Of a stretch of DNA of 64,000 nt, positions 52,251 through 64,000 are shown piece after piece. Below the pieces are notes generated by a model. It worked only from the letters and a program-made list of their open reading frames with translations. It was not told the origin of the DNA and did not search any database. The DNA is from an uncultured Pseudomonadales bacterium (GTDB taxonomy: Bacteria; Patescibacteriota; Microgenomatia; UBA1400; Chazhemtobacteraceae), in assembly GCA_964422035.1 (NCBI GenBank), contig CAYQZQ010000001.1:377013-441012 (forward strand), read 5' to 3'. Both the position numbers and the translations under genes were made by a program. How positions within the stretch are numbered: position 1 is the stretch's first letter; each line of letters begins with the position of its first letter.

Positions 52251-52904
52251 TTATTTATCTAGATCTGGGCTCTCTTTGGGTACTTCACCCTGAGGAGCTG
52301 GCTTGTCTGGTTGAGGTTGGGCTGTTGACTGAGGTTTTATCTCATCTTGTCCCTCTAGATTATTATCAGGCTTGGTTGGATCCTGTGTTTGAGCCGGAGC
52401 CTGTTGAGGTTTTTGTGTTTGTTGGGCTGGCTGCTCAGGTTTCTCTGGTTGTTGAGGCTTATCTGATTGTTGGGGTTTGGCAGCAGCACCACCGGTGACG
52501 TCACTGACGGCAGCATCAAGATTGGCTTGGGCATTGGAGACATCTGGATCATCAGCTGTGGCTTGGGGTTGAGCCGGTGCTTGCTGAGAGGTTTGCTTTT
52601 GAGGTTGCTGTGGTTTTTGAGGTGTTTCTGGCTGTTTGACTGCTTGCTCTTGTTTTTTGGCCGGAGGCTTGGGATTGGCGGGTTGGGACAGATCGGATTG
52701 GCCTTGTCCCTTTTGATCTGCAACTGGTTGTTGAGATTGAGCTTGAGACTTGGGGGCAGATTGAGGAGATTTTCCAGCAGGTGTACTTTGAGGACCTACA
52801 GGAGTAGAGGTGGGAGCTTTCTGTTGAGATTGACCGGGTTGCTGAGGTTGCTGTTTTTCTTGTTGAGGTGTGTCTGTTTGTTGATTGTTTTTTTGAGTGG
52901 CCAT
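52251..52904 (-). CDS. Q/P-rich intrinsically disordered protein
   Basis: Low-complexity 217-aa ORF abutting the next gene. Confidence 0.6.
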   Translation of the reverse strand: MATQKNNQQTDTPQQEKQQPQQPGQSQQKAPTSTPVGPQSTPAGKSPQSAPKSQAQSQQPVADQKGQGQSDLSQPANPKPPAKKQEQAVKQPETPQKPQQPQKQTSQQAPAQPQATADDPDVSNAQANLDAAVSDVTGGAAAKPQQSDKPQQPEKPEQPAQQTQKPQQAPAQTQDPTKPDNNLEGQDEIKPQSTAQPQPDKPAPQGEVPKESPDLDK

Positions 52905-52964
52905 GAGTTTATATATATTTGTTAACGACTATAGATTAATGGTAAAGGTGGAAGAGTACAAGTG

Positions 52965-54191
52965 TCAAGCTACCTTGCCAAAAGAGATACGATCAGGCGC
53001 TAAATTGCTGGCGGCTTTAAGACGAGCAGGTACCAGGGAAAAGGTGCCAAAGCGCTGGTTAACTTCACTTAAAAGAGCAGACAGCTTCTCTTGATGTTTG
53101 ACAGATTGGAATAGTTTTTGGGGAGTGAAGTTTTTGGAAACTAAATCAGAGAGAGTAACACGGGCTTTTTTGACTGTCTTGTGAGGAGATTTTTTTAGCA
53201 GGTGGTCAAGCATTTTAAAGCTTTGAAAAGAGTTGATTAAAGGCTGTTTTAGGTGAATAAAGTCACGGAAGGAACTGCCATCAACAAAGCTTAGGTAAAG
53301 CCCTAACTGGCGGGGCAGGAAGTTATTTTGGTGAGCTCTTAAGGTAGCTTTGTGAAGAAGCTTGTGCAGCAAAGCCTTAAGTTGATAAGAAGAGTGGATA
53401 GGTTCTGGCAAGACGTGTGAGTTACTGAAGCTTTTACGAGTAGTTTTGTTTTTAACCGGCCAACCACGCAGTTTTAAGTACCAGTCGTAGCCCACAACAG
53501 AATCGAAGGCAGATTTTAACTGCCCTGGTGAGGAATTGTATAAATCCAAAACAGAGTAAATACCAGACATGTAAAGACGAAGAGAGTAACCATGATTAAT
53601 GCCGGGCAGATCTTTTAGATCTAGACTTGAGTAAATCTCTTTAAAGTTATCAGAATCGATGACGGTAAAACCATCAGGTTTTTTCAGACCAGCAGCAAGC
53701 TTGGCTAAAGAGAAGCAGGGAGCAATGCCGATGGAGACGGAGATCCATTCACCGATGTCGTCTCTGATGGATTTTTTAAGGGAAGATGAGAAAGACTTAA
53801 TTTGACCAGATAGATATGGTTGATCTTGCAGATTGAGATTAAATTCATCGATGGAAAGAGGATTGACCTGGGTGGCAAACTGGGAGAGAAGATCTTTAAG
53901 TTGGTAAAAAACCGAGCGATATTTGTTGGTATCAGGGGGGAGAACAACCAGACTGGGACAGATTTTTTTGGCTTCGCCTACTCTAGTACCGGTTTTGATA
54001 CCCAGTTTTTTGGCTTCGATGGAAGGAGCTACAATACAGCCGTAGTCGGCGGTGTCAGCGGCAACAGCTATTGGCTTGTGGCGCAAAAGAGGATTGGCTT
54101 GCTGCTCGATGGTAGCAAAACAGGAGTTGATATCCAGATGCATCTTCAAAGGCGAGGTGGGGTTAAAGTAGTCTTTGTTAGGATAAGCCAT
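52965..54191 (-). CDS. dinB: Y-family DNA polymerase IV
   Basis: HLDINSCFA, SIEAK..GIKTG, SIDE, AKLA...KPDG. Confidence 0.92.
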   Translation of the reverse strand: MAYPNKDYFNPTSPLKMHLDINSCFATIEQQANPLLRHKPIAVAADTADYGCIVAPSIEAKKLGIKTGTRVGEAKKICPSLVVLPPDTNKYRSVFYQLKDLLSQFATQVNPLSIDEFNLNLQDQPYLSGQIKSFSSSLKKSIRDDIGEWISVSIGIAPCFSLAKLAAGLKKPDGFTVIDSDNFKEIYSSLDLKDLPGINHGYSLRLYMSGIYSVLDLYNSSPGQLKSAFDSVVGYDWYLKLRGWPVKNKTTRKSFSNSHVLPEPIHSSYQLKALLHKLLHKATLRAHQNNFLPRQLGLYLSFVDGSSFRDFIHLKQPLINSFQSFKMLDHLLKKSPHKTVKKARVTLSDLVSKNFTPQKLFQSVKHQEKLSALLSEVNQRFGTFSLVPARLKAASNLAPDRISFGKVA

Positions 54192-54435
54192 CGGAGATCT
54201 CCTCTAGTGTCCAACGCAGAGACTGAGTATCTAGTTTCAAGCGAAAAGCAAGATAGCGGCTTTGAACTGTAAAGATATGAAATAGGTTTTGACCGACTTT
54301 GTAAGTATGATGAAGACCAACTTTGTTAACAGGATAAGAGTTATCATTCCAGATTATGTTTTTAGGTAGAATTCTTTGAGTACTACCATCAAAGAAAACA
54401 GTAACAGCAACAGGTTGATTTATTTTTCTAATCAT
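54178..54435 (-). CDS. small beta-rich protein coupled to dinB
   Basis: 85 aa, P..IIW...Y...W.LE; overlaps the dinB start. Confidence 0.7.
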   Translation of the reverse strand: MIRKINQPVAVTVFFDGSTQRILPKNIIWNDNSYPVNKVGLHHTYKVGQNLFHIFTVQSRYLAFRLKLDTQSLRWTLEEISDGLS

Positions 54436-54437
54436 GT

Positions 54438-54491
54438 ACGAATAAATACCGAATATATTCCCAATTTAACCCGAACAGACAGGTCTGTCAA
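54438..54491 (-). promoter_or_regulatory. dinB-cassette promoter overlaid by four 11-bp-period TTCGG-like boxes (putative LexA operator)
   Basis: TTGACA (54491-54486), N17, TAAATT (54468-54463). On the + strand: ACGAA at 54438, CCGAA at 54449, CCCAA at 54460, CCGAA at 54471. Confidence 0.75.
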
Positions 54492-54531
54492 GAAATGATT
54501 TTAGCACTTTGCACAAATTTGGAATCTTTAA

Positions 54532-55110
54532 TTAGGAGTAATCAGGCTGGTTGCCAGGTTTCCATTTGATGTTGCAACCAGAAGAAGGTTTTTGCTCCTT
54601 TGAAACTGGCTGATCATTTAAAAAAGCATCGATGGCCTCTCTTAAGCTTTCTCCGGTAACGGGGATGTTGTTACCAGGTCGACTATCATCAAGCTGGCCA
54701 CGATAGATTAGTTCTCTATCCCCATCAAAAAGGAAAAAGTCAGGAGTGCAAGCAGCGGTATATTTTTTGGCTACTGACTGATCTTGGTCAAAAAGGTAAG
54801 GGAAATTAAAGCCTAGCTTTTTAGCTTGTTGCTTGAGATGTTGAGGTGAATCAGCTGGGTGTGAGCTGGTATCATTGGAACTGATGGCTACTAACCCTAA
54901 GCCTTTGTCTTGGTAGTCTTTGCCGATTCGAGCAATCTCGTCTTCAACATGTTTTACATACGGACAATGCTGGCAGATAAAAATAACCAAAAGAGCTTTG
55001 TTGTCATTAAGATCAGATAAGGAGACTTTTTCTCCACTTGTCACATCAGTGAGATTAAAATCAGGAGCTTTGGTGCCTAAAGGCATCATGGTGGAATCTG
55101 TTAAAGCCAT
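54532..55110 (-). CDS. thioredoxin-like/AhpC-TSA redoxin
   Basis: CQHCPYV, ACTPDFFLF, YRGQLDD, GCNIKW. Confidence 0.92.
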   Translation of the reverse strand: MALTDSTMMPLGTKAPDFNLTDVTSGEKVSLSDLNDNKALLVIFICQHCPYVKHVEDEIARIGKDYQDKGLGLVAISSNDTSSHPADSPQHLKQQAKKLGFNFPYLFDQDQSVAKKYTAACTPDFFLFDGDRELIYRGQLDDSRPGNNIPVTGESLREAIDAFLNDQPVSKEQKPSSGCNIKWKPGNQPDYS

Positions 55111-55138
55111 AGTAAATAAAGTTTATCACAGCTTATTT

Positions 55139-55624
55139 TTAGGTAAAACAGTAAACAAGCGTGGTGCCGGGCAGTAATTCTGGATCTTGTAGTCCTTGTT
55201 GGAGATCTTGTTGAATTTCCTGGTTGGTGGGTCGGTCTTTTTCTCCTTGATTTTTCTGAGCGAGATCTTCAACTTGTTGGATTATCTGATAAATGGTGTC
55301 TATCGCTTGCTGGTTATTTTGATAAGCTATGATCTCTATTTTGGCAAAATTGGCAAAAGCAGAAGTGACTTCAGCTTGATGCTCTCTGAGACTTAAGATC
55401 TTAAGGTACCTATCAGAGAGGCGATGCTTTGCCCCCATTTTTTTATGAATGTTATAAATGGTTGAGCGAATATTTAGATTTTTTCTGGTTTCGTTTTCTG
55501 CACATATCCAAAAATCGCGATGATATTGATCAATAATCTGATTTTCGACTGATTTGACGAAGTTATCACAGCGTTTTTCAAATCCAGGCGGTTTTAAGAA
55601 TTCAGCTAGCTCTTGACGATTCAT
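55139..55624 (-). CDS. hypothetical protein (tandem paralog A)
   Basis: PPGFEKRCDNFV matches the neighbouring gene. Confidence 0.7.
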   Translation of the reverse strand: MNRQELAEFLKPPGFEKRCDNFVKSVENQIIDQYHRDFWICAENETRKNLNIRSTIYNIHKKMGAKHRLSDRYLKILSLREHQAEVTSAFANFAKIEIIAYQNNQQAIDTIYQIIQQVEDLAQKNQGEKDRPTNQEIQQDLQQGLQDPELLPGTTLVYCFT

Positions 55625-55627
55625 TGG

Positions 55628-56113
55628 TTAAATCCCTTGTCGATCTGAAAATTGATAGAAAATGCTAGTTTGATGAGGTATTGAACTTTGAATGTCGCTG
55701 ACCAAATCTTCTGGTAGGGTGGGATAGATTCTGCGACCATGAAAATGCATGGCAAGAACATCAAGATCATCAGTTGCATCAAATATCTGTTCGGTGACTA
55801 AATTATGATTGCGACTATTTCCGTATAAGCCAACCATAGCTACATAGTTGGTGGCTGTGGCAACATCGAGCTTGTGAAGGTCTGAATACAGTTGATCGAT
55901 TCTATCTTTAGTTGATGAACTAAATGGTTTCTCCTTAAGTTTTTTAATATCAGCCGTTAGGGCTTCTAGCTGTATTGTAGTGATATTTAAGGGTCGGACA
56001 GAGAGGTAACGGTATTTACCAGAAACTTTGTCCTTGACGGCTTGCACAAAGTTGTCACAATGCCGTTCAAACTCAGGAGGAGCTACAATGGTTTCGAAAT
56101 TAAACTCTTTCAT
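55628..56113 (-). CDS. hypothetical protein (tandem paralog B)
   Basis: PPEFERHCDNFV; same length (161 aa). Confidence 0.7.
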   Translation of the reverse strand: MKEFNFETIVAPPEFERHCDNFVQAVKDKVSGKYRYLSVRPLNITTIQLEALTADIKKLKEKPFSSSTKDRIDQLYSDLHKLDVATATNYVAMVGLYGNSRNHNLVTEQIFDATDDLDVLAMHFHGRRIYPTLPEDLVSDIQSSIPHQTSIFYQFSDRQGI

Positions 56114-56151
56114 GAGAGGTATTTTAGCAGAAGTATAAGTTATAGGCCAAG

Positions 56152-58875
<2,724 letters not shown>

Positions 58876-58915
58876 CTTCTATATTGTATCGCGATTGACA
58901 GTAAACCTAAAGCTA

Positions 58916-59548
58916 TCAGAGGCCCAGAAGAAGATTGGAGGTGGTTCTGGTTGAAGAGACTGAGAAGTCTTTTTCAAGTTTTTGTTTGAAATTTAAGGCA
59001 GGTTCTTGGTACTTGCCCCAAAAAATACGATTGATTAAAACGTGAGAACAGTTATTTTTAAGTTTTTTATAAAAATCAATTGTTTCCAAAGCTGAAGGAA
59101 ACTGATCACCTAGATAGCAGTCGACCAGACAGAGATCAAAATCCTTATCAAGATTGTTTACGTAATCAATGGCGTCTTGATTGACTATGTTAAGTTTAGG
59201 AGAAGGCTTTACCTTAAAATGTTTTTTGGCAATTTTAATAATTAAGGGATCAATTTCCACAGCGGTAACTTTTACCTGAGGCCAGTTTTTATTGATTGGT
59301 TTTAGAACAGAGCCGCCGGCTAAGCCTAAAACCAGAATGTTTTGGGGCTGAAAATCTGAAGGCAGAAGATCTTTGAAAGCTTTGGACCAGATCTTTTCTA
59401 TGACGGTACCTGATTGAGTTAGATCGTTGATATCAAGTCTTAGGGAGCCTGAGAAAGTAACTACCTCTATTTTTTCATTAAAAGGTGAGGAGAAAGTCTT
59501 GACTGTTTTGGGATTTAAGTATTGGCCGACATCACTTAGTTTTGGCAT
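58916..59548 (-). CDS. spermidine-synthase-like SAM-dependent transferase
   Basis: LVLGLAGG, VEIDP, QDA, D...VD. Confidence 0.8.
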   Translation of the reverse strand: MPKLSDVGQYLNPKTVKTFSSPFNEKIEVVTFSGSLRLDINDLTQSGTVIEKIWSKAFKDLLPSDFQPQNILVLGLAGGSVLKPINKNWPQVKVTAVEIDPLIIKIAKKHFKVKPSPKLNIVNQDAIDYVNNLDKDFDLCLVDCYLGDQFPSALETIDFYKKLKNNCSHVLINRIFWGKYQEPALNFKQKLEKDFSVSSTRTTSNLLLGL

Positions 59549-59569
59549 ATATAGTCGTTTAATTTATTT

Positions 59570-60613
59570 TTACTTAGTTTGACTGCGAATGTAATCAGCC
59601 AGCTCTTGCCATTGGTTGTAGCGCTCTTTTAAATCAAAACGGGTTAAATTAATGGGAACCAGATTGTGCTCTATATAAGCTGCATCCAAAAGTGCTGCAG
59701 CAGCCAGGTCTCTTTCGGGGATTGAGTCAGCACCGCTTAAGATAACCACCACAGGGATGTCTTGTCTGGTAGCGGTAGCCACTAGAGAGTAGCCGGCGTT
59801 TTCAGTGTAGGCAATTTTTAAACCATCGACGCCTTTATACAAGCCAAGCAGAGTATTCCAGTTGGGCAAGTAGTGGTTGGGGTTGGTGTCTGTTGGGTGA
59901 ATGTCTTCCCGATCGGAAGCTCCGGCTTGAACAAGTAAGGGATAGTTTTGTTTGAGATTGTAAACAGCTTTGGCGATATCAGACAAAGTTGAGTATTGCT
60001 GGGGATGATCGTAGCCTTCGGGGTTGGCAAAGTGAGAGTCAGCCATATTCAAAAGTTGAGCTTTTTTATTAATTAAACTGATGAAAAATGGGGTTTCCTG
60101 GCCGTAAACACGAGCAGTACCTTGAGCTATAGTGGCGGCGGCGTCATTAGCTGAAGTGGCGATGGCAGCCCGGAGTAGATCTTTTAAGGGCAGGGTCTCG
60201 CCTACTTGAAGCTCCATGATGGTGGGTTCTTTATCTATTGAGGTGAAGGTAGCTGTTATCAGCTGATCTGGATCAGCAATATCCAGAGCCACTTGTGCAG
60301 TTAAAAGCTTGGTAAAGGAAGCAGGAGAAATTTTCTGATGAGGATTTTTGGAAAGATAAACCTTTTTTATTTGTGGATTGTAGACAAGGTATGAGATGGA
60401 GTCTGAGAGAGAGGTAAGTCGTTGCGCTTGCGAGTAATCAAGGGATGGTAGAAGAGAGATGTTTTTATTAAGCTTGTTGTCCAAATTAGGAGCTGAAGAT
60501 GACAACTGGAGCGGATTGATCAGCTGAGAAGGTGAGTATAAGTAAAGCTGCCAACCAAAAAAAGCTGCCACTGCAAATATGGGAATTGCCCACCAAATAG
60601 TTTTAGTCTTCAC
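59570..60613 (-). CDS. D-alanyl-D-alanine carboxypeptidase (S11)
   Basis: PASFTK, SAND, FANPEG; the KTG motif is replaced by KIA. Confidence 0.85.
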   Translation of the reverse strand: MKTKTIWWAIPIFAVAAFFGWQLYLYSPSQLINPLQLSSSAPNLDNKLNKNISLLPSLDYSQAQRLTSLSDSISYLVYNPQIKKVYLSKNPHQKISPASFTKLLTAQVALDIADPDQLITATFTSIDKEPTIMELQVGETLPLKDLLRAAIATSANDAAATIAQGTARVYGQETPFFISLINKKAQLLNMADSHFANPEGYDHPQQYSTLSDIAKAVYNLKQNYPLLVQAGASDREDIHPTDTNPNHYLPNWNTLLGLYKGVDGLKIAYTENAGYSLVATATRQDIPVVVILSGADSIPERDLAAAALLDAAYIEHNLVPINLTRFDLKERYNQWQELADYIRSQTK

Positions 60614-61886
60614 TTGGTCTTAAAACTAGACTGCCAACATAAGGCTTGAGAACCTTGGGAAGATTGACTGAGCCGTCTTTCTTTTGGAAGTTTTCTAGTA
60701 GAGCAATGATTGTGCGGGCTGAGGTGAGAGCAGTATTGTTTAGAGTATGAGCAAACTGAAGTTCCTGATTGTGATCACGATAACGGATATTGGCTCTTCT
60801 GGCTTGAAAATCATGCAGGATTGAATCTGAACCAGCTTCTCCGTACTCTTGTCTACCGGGCATCCAGGTTTCTAAGTCGTATTTTTTGGCTTGGGGTTGA
60901 CCCATTTCTCCGGTTGACATAAGGACAACTTGGTAGGGAATTTTAAGCTTTCGATGAATATTTTCGGTCATTTTAATTAGTTTTTCATGCCAGGTCTGGG
61001 AAGCTTGAGGATCGTTGTGACAGAAAACTACTTGTTCAACTTTTAAGAATTCATGAACTCTATAGATACCGCGAGTATCTTTGCCGTAGCTACCCACTTC
61101 GCGTCTATAGCAGGGGGAAAAGCCAACCATGGTGATAGGCAAGTCTGCACGGGTAATAACTTCATTGGCGTAGTAAGAAACTAGTGGGACCTCTGAAGTG
61201 CCAGATAGAAAGTAGTCATTTTGAGGATCATTTTCATCTTCTTGTAGACGATAAGCCTCTGACTCACCCCATGGGAAGTGTCCAGAGTTAACAAAAGCGC
61301 GGCGGCGATTGATAACAGGTGGAATGAAAGGAGTGAAACCCTGATCGATCATTTCATCTAGGGCAAACTGCATTAAACCTAAAGCTAGTTTTACACCCTG
61401 GTTAGTCAGAAAATAACCACGGGCTCCGGCAACTTTGGTACCTCTTTTGAGATCAAAAAGCTTTAGTGATCGGCCAAGCTCAAGATGGTCTTTAATATCA
61501 AAATTAAATTTTGGTTTGTCACCCCAGGTTCTGACTATCTTGTTGGCTGATTGATCTCCCACGGGAACATCATCGGCGGGAATGTTGGGCACTTGAAACA
61601 TTAAATTGTTGTAGTCGTCCTGGATTTTTTTAAGTTGAGGTTCCAGATCTTGAAGGCTGGACTTTAATTGGCGGGCTTTATCTAAAAGTTTTTCGCTTTG
61701 ATCAGATTTTAGTTTGTCGTTAAGATCGTTTCTTTCTTCTCTTAGGGGTTGAATCTGTTGGATAAAATGACGTCTTTTTTTGTCTATATCAATTAGGTTG
61801 TCAATCAGTTGAGGATTGATGCCTTTGTCAACACAAGCTTTTTTTACTTGTTTGGAGTTTTGACGAATAAATTCAATATCTAGCAT
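60603..61886 (-). CDS. serS: seryl-tRNA synthetase
   Basis: MLDI..IR, PNIP, GTSE, YRRE, RVHEF.KVE, HTLNNTA. Confidence 0.97.
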   Translation of the reverse strand: MLDIEFIRQNSKQVKKACVDKGINPQLIDNLIDIDKKRRHFIQQIQPLREERNDLNDKLKSDQSEKLLDKARQLKSSLQDLEPQLKKIQDDYNNLMFQVPNIPADDVPVGDQSANKIVRTWGDKPKFNFDIKDHLELGRSLKLFDLKRGTKVAGARGYFLTNQGVKLALGLMQFALDEMIDQGFTPFIPPVINRRRAFVNSGHFPWGESEAYRLQEDENDPQNDYFLSGTSEVPLVSYYANEVITRADLPITMVGFSPCYRREVGSYGKDTRGIYRVHEFLKVEQVVFCHNDPQASQTWHEKLIKMTENIHRKLKIPYQVVLMSTGEMGQPQAKKYDLETWMPGRQEYGEAGSDSILHDFQARRANIRYRDHNQELQFAHTLNNTALTSARTIIALLENFQKKDGSVNLPKVLKPYVGSLVLRPSED

Positions 61887-61901
61887 ATTACTAGGATATC
61901 A

Positions 61902-62480
61902 TTACAGACCAAGGTCGTCACTTATTGACTGGAGAGAACTGAGACAAATATCAACAAGTTCATCTATAGATATACCTAGTTTTTGAGGAGATAGCTCTGC
62001 AGGTTCCCGGCTGGCACCTGAAGCGAATGATTTTTCATCCCATTTTTTAAGAACTGAGTTGACAGAAACAGAGGAAAGTTTTTTATCAGGACGGACTAAA
62101 GCGACGGCGATGATAAGACCGGAGAGATCATCAGAGCAATATAAAGACCAGTCAAGTCTTGAATCTGGCTGGGGAGCATCGTCTTGGTGCTGCCAGGCGT
62201 GAGAGCGGATAGCTTGAATTATCCTCTCATCGACATTGCGCTTTTCAAGTTCTTGAATGATGTCTGAAGGGTGTTTTTGAGGTTGATCTTGATATTTTTG
62301 ATAGTCTGCATCGTGAAGCAAGCCAACTAAACCCCATAAATCTGCATCAGCATCAAAGTGATCAGCCAGAGCTCTCATTTGAGCTTCAACCGCCAGCATG
62401 TGCTTAACTAAATTGGGATTTTCTGTCCAGGATTTGACTAAATTTATAGCTTGTGAGCGAGTGATGCCGTAGCTGGACAT
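61902..62480 (-). CDS. HD-domain phosphohydrolase
   Basis: KHMLAV, LLHDAD, SH, D.LSGL...RP. Confidence 0.88.
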   Translation of the reverse strand: MSSYGITRSQAINLVKSWTENPNLVKHMLAVEAQMRALADHFDADADLWGLVGLLHDADYQKYQDQPQKHPSDIIQELEKRNVDERIIQAIRSHAWQHQDDAPQPDSRLDWSLYCSDDLSGLIIAVALVRPDKKLSSVSVNSVLKKWDEKSFASGASREPAELSPQKLGISIDELVDICLSSLQSISDDLGL

Positions 62481-62483
62481 AAA

Positions 62484-62954
62484 TTATTTTACTTCTTTTA
62501 CAGTGTAGGTGATTTTACCGGCAGGAGCCTGTACTTCAACTTGCTCATCTACCTTTTTACCAACTAAGGCTTGGCCAATAGGAGATTCATGACTGATTTT
62601 TTGTTTTTGCGGATCAGCTTCCCATTCACCAACGATGTGATACTCAACTTCATTACCTTGTTGATTAACTAAGACTACTTGATTACCAAGACTGACGCTG
62701 TCACCGTTGCTTTGTTCAATTACTTCAACACGAGACAAAATGGCTTCCAATTCTTCAATTCTTCCTTGAATCCAGGAGTGATCTTCGCGAGCAGCATGGT
62801 ATTCAGCGTTTTCCGCTAGATCACCTAATTCGCGAGCAGTAGCTACGCGCTTGATAACTGCAGGAAGTTTGTCTTGCAGTTTTTTAAGCTCACTCTTAAG
62901 CTCTTGAAGGCCTTCAGGAGTGAATTTAATAGTTTCTTGTTTTTGTTGATTCAT
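62484..62954 (-). CDS. greA: transcription elongation factor GreA
   Basis: GDLAENAEY, ISHESPIGQAL. Confidence 0.97.
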   Translation of the reverse strand: MNQQKQETIKFTPEGLQELKSELKKLQDKLPAVIKRVATARELGDLAENAEYHAAREDHSWIQGRIEELEAILSRVEVIEQSNGDSVSLGNQVVLVNQQGNEVEYHIVGEWEADPQKQKISHESPIGQALVGKKVDEQVEVQAPAGKITYTVKEVK

Positions 62955-62989
62955 ATAATAATAGTACTAATTTTGTCTTAGTTTGACAA

Positions 62990-63094
62990 GACTATGTGTT
63001 TTGTAGTCAGCGGTACCTGCCTTTGGGCACTTAAGCTGAAAATGAGTGTTTATAAGCTTGAAGTTCTTACCTTGTGCAAGTATTTCGACTACGA
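62990..63094 (-). ncRNA. candidate structured RNA or 5' leader upstream of greA
   Basis: Own promoter TTGACA-N17-TAAAAT (63128-63100); nested stems GUAGUC/GACUAC, UACUUGC/GCAGGUA, ACUU-AAGCU/AGCUUAAGU. Confidence 0.5.
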
Positions 63095-63212
63095 GCAATA
63101 TTTTAAATCAAGGGTGAATGGGTGTCAAGCCATGAATAGGTTTATACATCAGTTAAATCCTATATTCTTAGCCTGAAAAAGGCGGGTGTTTTACGTGGAA
63201 TATAAGGCAAAA

Positions 63213-64000
63213 CTAGCTTTTTTTAAGCAAAAGATTTATTTGGCCTAAAACAGATTGACCATATGTATTAAGTATTTTTTGGCCCTGGCTTAGGTCGTTG
63301 TTTAAGATAAAGTGGCTTTGTGAGGCGGCGAGACTAATTTCTTTGGCGGCTTTATAGATTCTGGTATCAAGATTGTCTCTTTGTTTGGGTAGCCAGTCCT
63401 GGGTGTATTGAGTGAATGACAACTTAGGTAAGACAAAGACTTTGAAAACAAAAGGGTTTGCGGGATGACTTTGGGCGTATCTGGACACCGCAGGCCAACC
63501 GCTCTCTATATCTACTTGAGAACAGATGACTGGATCAGGGCGCTGAAGAGCTTGGTCAAGGCTTTTCTTGGGCAGGCCATAGTAGCGGGGATTTTGATCA
63601 TCTCCCTGATTTATGTGTTCTATAAACAAGTCTTTTTTAACATCTTCCAGAAACTTTTGGTGAGTGTCGTAAAAGTAGTAGTCAACTTCGTCTTTCTCCC
63701 CTCCTCTGGGCGGGCGAGAAGTGGCTGTAACGGGTTTATAGATAGGCTGAGAAGAATGACTAGTTATTCTTTCTCTAATGGCATCTTTGCCACTGGCGGC
63801 TATACCTGAAAGAAGAAAGATTATCTTGTCTTGATTGTTTTTTTGAAGATTTAAAGCAGCATTGATGGGCTTAGTTGTCCAAAGATCAATTTCTTTTTCC
63901 AGTTTGAACTTTTGGTAAGAGGGAAAAATCTCTGATAATCCTTGTGGTGTTAGTTGAGGATTATGCTCTAAAAGAAGATCGACAAGATAAGGATTAGTCT
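63213..64000 (-). CDS. guanylate kinase-like protein with N-terminal extension, 5'-truncated by window edge
   Basis: The frame stays open upstream of the track start and gives SGIAASGKD, TATSRPPRGGEKDEVDYYF and YYG. Confidence 0.8.
   Translation of the reverse strand, partial: TNPYLVDLLLEHNPQLTPQGLSEIFPSYQKFKLEKEIDLWTTKPINAALNLQKNNQDKIIFLLSGIAASGKDAIRERITSHSSQPIYKPVTATSRPPRGGEKDEVDYYFYDTHQKFLEDVKKDLFIEHINQGDDQNPRYYGLPKKSLDQALQRPDPVICSQVDIESGWPAVSRYAQSHPANPFVFKVFVLPKLSFTQYTQDWLPKQRDNLDTRIYKAAKEISLAASQSHFILNNDLSQGQKILNTYGQSVLGQINLLLKKS

Noticed and set aside
51921-52904. Toxin-antitoxin pair (DUF4258-like plus upstream ORF)
   Set aside because: The upstream ORF has no DNA-binding or antitoxin features; support is insufficient.
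52355-52925. Alternative ORFs 52355-52723 (-) and 52467-52925 (+)
   Set aside because: Shadow frames of the low-complexity Q/P-rich gene.
63020-63080. c-di-GMP-I riboswitch resemblance in the greA-upstream RNA
   Set aside because: Lacks the GNRA loop/receptor pair and the second hairpin.

Overview
64 kb of chromosome from a reduced-genome bacterium. It is most likely Patescibacteria/CPR of the Microgenomates (OP11) type, inferred from the 16S signature GTGCCAGAAGCATCGGTAA, the intron-rich rRNA, the mini-TsaB and the VLGA-motif surface proteins. Contents in order: 3' part of trmD; a surface-protein block with two giant Ig/CnaB-repeat proteins plus a sortase; a 15.6-kb surface-glycan locus; tRNA-Ile; a stand-alone 16S rRNA gene on the - strand interrupted by three group I introns, two encoding LAGLIDADG endonucleases; then housekeeping genes (galE, tsaBE, ftsEX with an M23 peptidase, prfB, macAB-like, nfo, dinB, secA, serS, greA, gmk-like). 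The strongest signal is a near-identical 31-bp module in both endonuclease-containing introns, upstream of each ORF and absent from the ORF-less intron. It reads as a sigma70 promoter whose spacer holds TTCGG-N6-TTCGG. The same 11-bp-period repeat covers the promoter of the dinB cassette, which suggests rRNA-intron homing endonucleases wired into the host SOS/LexA regulon. Other notable items are a circularly permuted M23 peptidase, a two-in-one surface polyprotein with an internal anchor plus signal peptide, pervasive leaderless promoters and a structured RNA upstream of greA. All calls come from reading the sequence by eye; no database searches were run.
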